Positions 59,064 to 64,000 of a stretch of DNA of 64,000 bases are shown here, piece after piece. Position numbers and translations under genes: made by a program. Numbering within the stretch: position 1 is the first letter of the stretch; each line of letters opens with the position of its first letter. A model generated the notes under the pieces. That model was given only the letters and a program-made list of their open reading frames with translations. It searched no databases and was not told the origin of the DNA. The stretch covers positions 186,001 to 250,000 of the IMG/VR virus record IMGVR_UViG_3300021963_000023, one strand, 5' to 3'.

Positions 59064-60100
59064 CAAATAAAATATTTTCAATACCGTTTAATCCGATGCT
59101 ATCGGAAGAAGTATTCTTGAAAGAGTTCTACCCATTCCTGGAAAGGAACAAGGAATCAATCTATGACATTTATTTTACCTGTAGAATACCACCTTTCACA
59201 CAAGATGCGATGGGTGCTATCTTTAGAGAAGAGGATAGAGACATTGTGTTTGAAAACGCAATGATTATACAAAAGGCTTTAGGTATTAGAATTAGTGCAA
59301 CGTTCAATAATATTAATGTTTCTCCAAAATATGAGAACTATAAATTGTTTGTTGATAATTTAAAACCATTATATGAAAAGGGATTAAGGTGTATAACTAT
59401 TCCTCATGGTCATTGGGTTGCAATGGGATTGAAGAAACATTTTCCAGAGATGGAAATTAAAAATACCATATTAAGAAAAGTTGCAACCGGTCAGGACTTT
59501 TGGTACAATGCTGATCAGGGATTTGATTATATTAATCTCGATAGAATTTTAATGAGAGATATTGAGGAGCTTAAAAACATTAAGCGTGCCCAATTAAGAT
59601 ATTACGAAGAGAAGGGTAGGTATGTTAAACTATCACTCTTGGTTAACGAGGGTTGTTTAGGTAGATGCCCAGTAATGGATGAACACTATTCATATAATAA
59701 CCTTAGGCAACCTAATGAACTACCATATTTTCATCATGAGATATCTAAAGTAACATGTGAATACAAATGGGAAAAAGAGATCAATGCATTCTTTTTTAAA
59801 GCCGCAACAATACCACCATTCAAAGAAGAGTTTGACGAATTGCTAGAATATATCGATGTCTTTAAAATGCATGGTAGAGATAGCTTTAATCGTTTAAATG
59901 AAACAATAGAGATTGTGGATTCATATGTTGCAGGTAATGAAATTTTATCTGAAACATCAAATCTTTATCTTGATGGTATACCACACGAAGAATTAAAAGG
60001 TTGGAGAAATAAAATAAAGAAATGTAAATTTCAATGTTGGGATTGTAACTATTGTGATGTAGTTGCTGACCACAAAAAGAAATCATATGGACTTAGTTAA
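59060..60100 (+). CDS. Peptidase U32-family-like Fe-S protein (putative O2-independent hydroxylase)
   Basis: 'NLDR.L.RD..L', 'LLVNEGCLGRCP...HY', 'DVFKMHGR' and terminal C...C..C..C. Start moved to the ATG at 59060. Confidence 0.65.
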   Translation: MTNKIFSIPFNPMLSEEVFLKEFYPFLERNKESIYDIYFTCRIPPFTQDAMGAIFREEDRDIVFENAMIIQKALGIRISATFNNINVSPKYENYKLFVDNLKPLYEKGLRCITIPHGHWVAMGLKKHFPEMEIKNTILRKVATGQDFWYNADQGFDYINLDRILMRDIEELKNIKRAQLRYYEEKGRYVKLSLLVNEGCLGRCPVMDEHYSYNNLRQPNELPYFHHEISKVTCEYKWEKEINAFFFKAATIPPFKEEFDELLEYIDVFKMHGRDSFNRLNETIEIVDSYVAGNEILSETSNLYLDGIPHEELKGWRNKIKKCKFQCWDCNYCDVVADHKKKSYGLS

Positions 60101-60752
60101 ACATATTGACGATTCAATTGAATGGGGTAAACTAGAGGTATCTAAATTAACACAAGACATTTTAGATATTCATGGGATTACAAGTAATAAAGTGAGATCA
60201 TTTCTTAATAACATATGTAGTCTGGATAACGCAACTTATCTTGAGGTTGGTGTGTTCAGGGGTGCCACATTTTGTTCTGCGATATATGGTAATGATATTA
60301 AATCAATTGCAATTGATAATTTTATGTCACCTAATTTAACACCAAAAGGTGTTAGTCAGAAGTTAGGTAACTATTACAAACATAATATTGATATTTTACC
60401 ACAAGAAGAATTTTTGCATAATGTAAAACGATTTGGTAATGTGAATAACATATCAGTATATAAAACTGATTACCAAACATTTGATTTTAAAACGCTACCA
60501 CATGTTGACATTATTTTTTATGATGGTGAAACAAAATATCATGATCAATATGTTGCATTAACAAACATGTTACCAATTTTTTCTAAAGAAACCATAGTCA
60601 TTATGGATGATTGGAATTGGAACAGTGGTGCTTTCGATAAATTCATTGAAGATAATAATTTAATGATAACATATTACAAGGAGTTAATCACATCTGGTGA
60701 AGACTCAAAGGATTTTTGGAATGGTCTTGGGGTATTTTTAATTGAGAGATAG
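60087..60752 (+). CDS. Class I SAM-dependent methyltransferase (Methyltransf_24-like)
   Basis: 'YLEVGVFRGAT', 'IDNF', 'DIIFYDG', 'IMDDWNW'. Start moved to the ATG at 60087. Confidence 0.8.
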   Translation: MDLVKHIDDSIEWGKLEVSKLTQDILDIHGITSNKVRSFLNNICSLDNATYLEVGVFRGATFCSAIYGNDIKSIAIDNFMSPNLTPKGVSQKLGNYYKHNIDILPQEEFLHNVKRFGNVNNISVYKTDYQTFDFKTLPHVDIIFYDGETKYHDQYVALTNMLPIFSKETIVIMDDWNWNSGAFDKFIEDNNLMITYYKELITSGEDSKDFWNGLGVFLIER

Positions 60753-60781
60753 TTGATTATGTGATATTTTTTGTTTATATT
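60753..60781 (+). promoter_or_regulatory. sigma70-like promoter TTGATT-N17-TATATT upstream of the tRNA
   Basis: -35 at 60753-60758, -10 at 60776-60781. Confidence 0.6.
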
Positions 60782-60798
60782 AATAATAATAATTGTAA

Positions 60799-60888
60799 GG
60801 GGAGGTGGGTGAGTGGTTTAAACCGACAGCCTCCGAAGCTGCTATTGGACTTAACATTCAATCGAGAGTCCGAATCTCTTCCTCCCCG
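60799..60888 (+). tRNA. Class II (long variable arm) tRNA with Ser-like body and anticodon CCG (reads CGG, Arg)
   Basis: Acceptor GGGGAGG/CCTCCCC. D arm GGTG-AGTGGTTTA-AACC. Anticodon stem (A)CAGC/GCTG(C) with loop CTCCGAA. Variable stem ATTGGA/TTCAAT. T arm GAGAG-TCCGAAT-CTCTT. Discriminator G; CCA not encoded. Confidence 0.85.
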
Positions 60889-60921
60889 CAATTTTATAAA
60901 CTTTTCTTAAACAAAAACAAA

Positions 60922-61806
60922 ATGAGAAAAACAATCACAATGCTATCGCTAATGTTAGCATTTTTGTTTATTACTAGATTGTCATATGGTCAGTATAGTA
61001 GTAGTGCAATTCAGAAAGGTTCAGAACAATCCTTAAAAGTTCAAACGGACACAGTCCCTAATCAATTACAAGAAATTGTTGTTACAGCAAAGAAGGTACC
61101 TTTAATGACCAAGGTAGGCCCTTATGGTCAACCACTTTGGACAACAATGAGAATGTTTGCATCCACTAGAGTTTATGTGATGAACCCACCAGGTACCGCA
61201 ATGTACGAGAAGTGGTTTGACATTAGACAAAGAAGAAACGGACCGGCACAAATTAGAATGAGAGATGAATTCACATTCGGTTTAGGTAAGAGGCTTCAGT
61301 TGGATTTATATTCCCACACGGTTTATGACGGTAAAGATGGGGATAAACAATTCAAATGGAGAGGTTTTTCTTGGGAGTTTCGTTATGCTCTTGCTGATTG
61401 GGGTAAATTATGGGGTAATCCAACTCTATATTGGGAAACAAAAATGTTAAATGGTCGCTGGGGTATTGAACCAAAGTTATTACTCGGTGATAGAATCGGT
61501 AAAAGTGGTATCTGGGGTTTCAATGCTATCTACGAAGGTAATCTAGCAGATAAAAAAGAACTCCGTGAAGATGAATATGCGTATACCGCATCATATGCAA
61601 ACATAATCAATAATGATTTGACATTAGGGGTTTCTCACATGTTTAGGTATAACGACTTCGATGGTGGATCACAAGAATGGTACCTTGGGCCACTTTTACA
61701 ATATCGTTTTAATAACAAAGGTTATTTGAATATTGAGCATATGCCAGGTTTAAACCAAGACGCAAAACAATCAAGAACCACAATTATATTCGCATGGAGA
61801 TTCTAA
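60922..61806 (+). CDS. Putative outer-membrane beta-barrel protein with signal peptide
   Basis: True start is likely the ATG at 60922 (MRKTITMLSLMLAFLFITRLSYG-Q signal peptide). Has an 'LQEIVVTA' segment, amphipathic strands, and the terminal aromatic motif IIFAWRF. Confidence 0.7.
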   Translation: MRKTITMLSLMLAFLFITRLSYGQYSSSAIQKGSEQSLKVQTDTVPNQLQEIVVTAKKVPLMTKVGPYGQPLWTTMRMFASTRVYVMNPPGTAMYEKWFDIRQRRNGPAQIRMRDEFTFGLGKRLQLDLYSHTVYDGKDGDKQFKWRGFSWEFRYALADWGKLWGNPTLYWETKMLNGRWGIEPKLLLGDRIGKSGIWGFNAIYEGNLADKKELREDEYAYTASYANIINNDLTLGVSHMFRYNDFDGGSQEWYLGPLLQYRFNNKGYLNIEHMPGLNQDAKQSRTTIIFAWRF

Positions 61807-62801
61807 TCAACGGACAAGTATTCCTTGTCTATTTAATATTCATTATGTTCGTAACAGGTATCCTCAAAGAAAGAGGATACCTTATGGACATCTTTAGATT
61901 ACTGGAACAAAGAGTTAAGTCAAAGAGAACGGTGGTATTCTTAGTATCACTATTTGGTGGGATCTTACCAATCCCTGGACGAGTTGCATTATCAGCATCT
62001 ATGTTAAACAGCATAGCACCAGTTGATAATAAGAAACGTAAGAAGTTTGGTATCATTGACTACCTAGCAACACATCACTATTATCTATGGTCACCTTTAG
62101 AGAAAACTGTTATTATTCCAATGGCTGTGTTAAGTTTAACCTATATGCAATTCATGTCATATATCTGGCCATTACTTTTAATCTCAGCGTTATATATTAC
62201 TTATTATATCTTATCATTAAAAGATGATGAAATAGATATTGAAGTTAAAGATGAACCAATTAATATGCAAAACATAACGATGGTGGTTATACCATTTTTA
62301 GTAACCATATTAATGTGTGTGTTTTTTACTGAATACTATTTTGGTTTCTTCACAGGATTCACAATATGGTTAGTATATTACTCTAAAAGCTGGAGTAAAA
62401 TATTGAGCTATATCGACTGGGAACTAATATGGATCGTTGCTTTGGTTATTATTTTAGGTAACCTTGTTGGATCTTACTATACACAGATAGAAGCTATAAT
62501 AAAACAGTACAGTGAACCATCTAACATATTGATTGTCTCTGTGTTAGGTTTTTTAGCTTCATTTTTATTAGGTTCTTCAGCAAAATATGCTGGAATTGTT
62601 AGTTTATTAACTAGTGTATTTGGAATGCATTATTTTGTTCTATTCTTTACTTTAGAATATTCAGCATACCTAATTTCACCATCACATAAGTGTTTACCTA
62701 TTGGCCAAAGGTATTTTCATACTGGGTTTCTAACATATCTAAAAGCATTAATAATTTGGATATCAATGATGATAACTTATGCAATATTTACAGTTCTGTA
62801 A
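61794..62801 (+). CDS. Polytopic inner-membrane transporter (DUF401 / ion-transporter-like)
   Basis: About 9-10 hydrophobic segments, with 'GGILPIPGR..LSA', 'HHYYLWSPL' and 'YLISPSHKCL'. Confidence 0.65.
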   Translation: MEILINGQVFLVYLIFIMFVTGILKERGYLMDIFRLLEQRVKSKRTVVFLVSLFGGILPIPGRVALSASMLNSIAPVDNKKRKKFGIIDYLATHHYYLWSPLEKTVIIPMAVLSLTYMQFMSYIWPLLLISALYITYYILSLKDDEIDIEVKDEPINMQNITMVVIPFLVTILMCVFFTEYYFGFFTGFTIWLVYYSKSWSKILSYIDWELIWIVALVIILGNLVGSYYTQIEAIIKQYSEPSNILIVSVLGFLASFLLGSSAKYAGIVSLLTSVFGMHYFVLFFTLEYSAYLISPSHKCLPIGQRYFHTGFLTYLKALIIWISMMITYAIFTVL

Positions 62802-62803
62802 GG

Positions 62804-62832
62804 TTGACTTTTTGAAAAATAAAATATATATT
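62804..62832 (+). promoter_or_regulatory. sigma70-like promoter TTGACT-N17-TATATT
   Basis: -35 at 62804-62809, -10 at 62827-62832. Confidence 0.7.
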
Positions 62833-62853
62833 ATAAAAGAAAATTAAAAATTT

Positions 62854-63333
62854 ATGGAAAAAATCACATTAAAATTAGGAGACGTTCTACAATTAGAAAG
62901 TGAAATAAACGGGTATATTGAACCACAAACTGGAGAACAGGTGTTCGAGGGATTCAGTAAACAAAACCTTTCAATAATTTTGAAATACGAATTGAGTGAC
63001 TTCTCAACGGAACTTAAAGGTGAGAGAACTAAGGTTGAGGCGTTAAGAGATGAATTAATCAAAAAGTATGGAGAAGAAGATGGTAATGGCGGTGTCTTAG
63101 TAAAAATGTACAATGAAGTTAAGGACGATGAAGGTAACGTAACTGGTAAAGTTGTTAACCCTCAATACATCGAATTTGATAATGAATATGGTGTACTTTT
63201 AAATCAAGAAATTGAAATTGAATACCCTGAAATTACAAAAGAAGATTTAAAGGATGCAGGTAAAACGAAAGACAAATATCAGGTGTTATTTAAACTGATC
63301 AAAAAGGAAGTAAAAAAAGAAGGAGCTAATTAA
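62854..63333 (+). CDS. Hypothetical acidic phage protein
   Basis: 159 aa with 'RDELIKKYGEED'; has its own promoter and terminator. Confidence 0.65.
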   Translation: MEKITLKLGDVLQLESEINGYIEPQTGEQVFEGFSKQNLSIILKYELSDFSTELKGERTKVEALRDELIKKYGEEDGNGGVLVKMYNEVKDDEGNVTGKVVNPQYIEFDNEYGVLLNQEIEIEYPEITKEDLKDAGKTKDKYQVLFKLIKKEVKKEGAN

Positions 63334-63344
63334 GCTCCTTTTTT
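63312..63344. terminator. Bidirectional intrinsic terminator between convergent genes
   Basis: AAGGAGCT-aatta-AGCTCCTT hairpin (63320-63340), flanked by an A run and a T run. Confidence 0.7.
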
Positions 63345-64000
63345 GTGTTCATTAATATAATCTGATAGATTAATGATTGGATACCAATTCAATACAAATT
63401 TAGCTAAATTACTTTCACATAAAGTTTCCTGAGCTTCACCTGGTTTATCATCAAAATATAATCGATCTTGCTTAAACATATCCGCAACTTCATTTAACGA
63501 AAAGTTTTCACCTCTACCTAGTTCAAAAATATGCCCCCAAGCATTTCTTTCTTGTATCTTAATTAATCCATTAACAATATCGTCAATGTGTGTAAAATCT
63601 CTCCTCTTGGAACCGTCGCCATATATTGTTAAAGGTTCACCATCATCATATTGTTTTTCCCACCTACCAATCACAGTACTATAACCGCCATCCCTTAAAT
63701 GATATGGGCCGTATACATTATAAAAACGAGTAATAGAAGCATTTAATTTAAAATGATCCTGATAAAGTTTAATAATCTCCTCACCAATATCTTTACTGAA
63801 TGTGTATGGATTTTTAAACTTACCGCTATGGTGTGAACTACTTCCAGCATAAACTAATGGTATATTATTGTTAACACAATACTGTGCTATGTTTAATGTA
63901 CCATTTGTGTTTGTTTCAAAATATTCTACTGGCTGTTCAAATGATGGTTGTATTCTAGCTATTGCAGCTAAATGATAAACCATATCAAACTTCACATCAT
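63330..64000 (-). CDS. NAD-dependent epimerase/dehydratase (extended SDR), 5' partial
   Basis: 'YHLAA', 'YAGSSS', YxxxK (YTFSK), 'RFYNVYGP' and 'GDGSKRRDFTHIDD'. The Rossmann N-terminus lies beyond the window. Confidence 0.9.
   Translation of the reverse strand, partial: DVKFDMVYHLAAIARIQPSFEQPVEYFETNTNGTLNIAQYCVNNNIPLVYAGSSSHHSGKFKNPYTFSKDIGEEIIKLYQDHFKLNASITRFYNVYGPYHLRDGGYSTVIGRWEKQYDDGEPLTIYGDGSKRRDFTHIDDIVNGLIKIQERNAWGHIFELGRGENFSLNEVADMFKQDRLYFDDKPGEAQETLCESNLAKFVLNWYPIINLSDYINEHKKGA

Noticed and set aside
60799-60888. Selenocysteine tRNA, or genome-wide CGG-to-Ser recoding
   Set aside because: The anticodon is not TCA and the fold is a standard 7/5. CGG aligns with other Arg codons in paralogues (22412 vs 8438; 54349 vs 53191 and 55472).
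60805-60921. 39-aa N-terminal extension of track ORF 60805-61806
   Set aside because: It overlaps the tRNA. The ATG at 60922 gives a normal signal peptide.
270-63113. The many short minus-strand and alternate-frame ORFs in the track (e.g. 7348-7848, 21856-22542, 23194-23622, 32083-32460)
   Set aside because: They are shadows of long + strand genes, often of the Ser/Thr repeats, with no motifs or initiation context.

Overview
AT-rich, gene-dense window that is almost entirely + strand and has no cellular housekeeping genes. It is best read as part of a large (jumbo-type) tailed phage genome. Ribosome-binding sites lack Shine-Dalgarno motifs, which suggests a Bacteroidota-like host (inference). 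Layout: (1) 1-26.7 kb, an array of Ser/Thr/Gly-rich modular tail fibre/spike genes with chaperones, one split by a frameshift, plus two triplets of small paralogues. (2) 26.7-48.7 kb, a 22-kb island of modification enzymes: glycosyltransferases, a methyltransferase, six tandem N-terminal-twitch radical SAM enzymes, APS kinase with an HxGH nucleotidyltransferase, five 2OG-Fe(II) oxygenases, three sulfotransferase-like proteins and a SET-domain protein. (3) 48.8-56.5 kb, another long fibre followed by three paralogous beta-propeller-like proteins. (4) 56.5-64 kb, a radical SAM-SPASM enzyme, a U32-family protein, a methyltransferase, an odd tRNA, an outer-membrane barrel, an inner-membrane transporter and a partial NAD-dependent epimerase. 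The best candidate for a new system is gene 44955-46448. It fuses a circularly permuted ATP-grasp domain to a cleavage-only Hint domain followed by a 31-aa Cys/Trp/Tyr-rich peptide. All ten flanking proteins of 100 aa or more from 41550 to 48706, and two upstream radical SAM proteins, end in a shared K-rich ...L-I type C-terminal tag. A second highlight is a tRNA with a serine-type body and an Arg (CCG) anticodon. All family calls come from motif recognition by eye; no searches were run.
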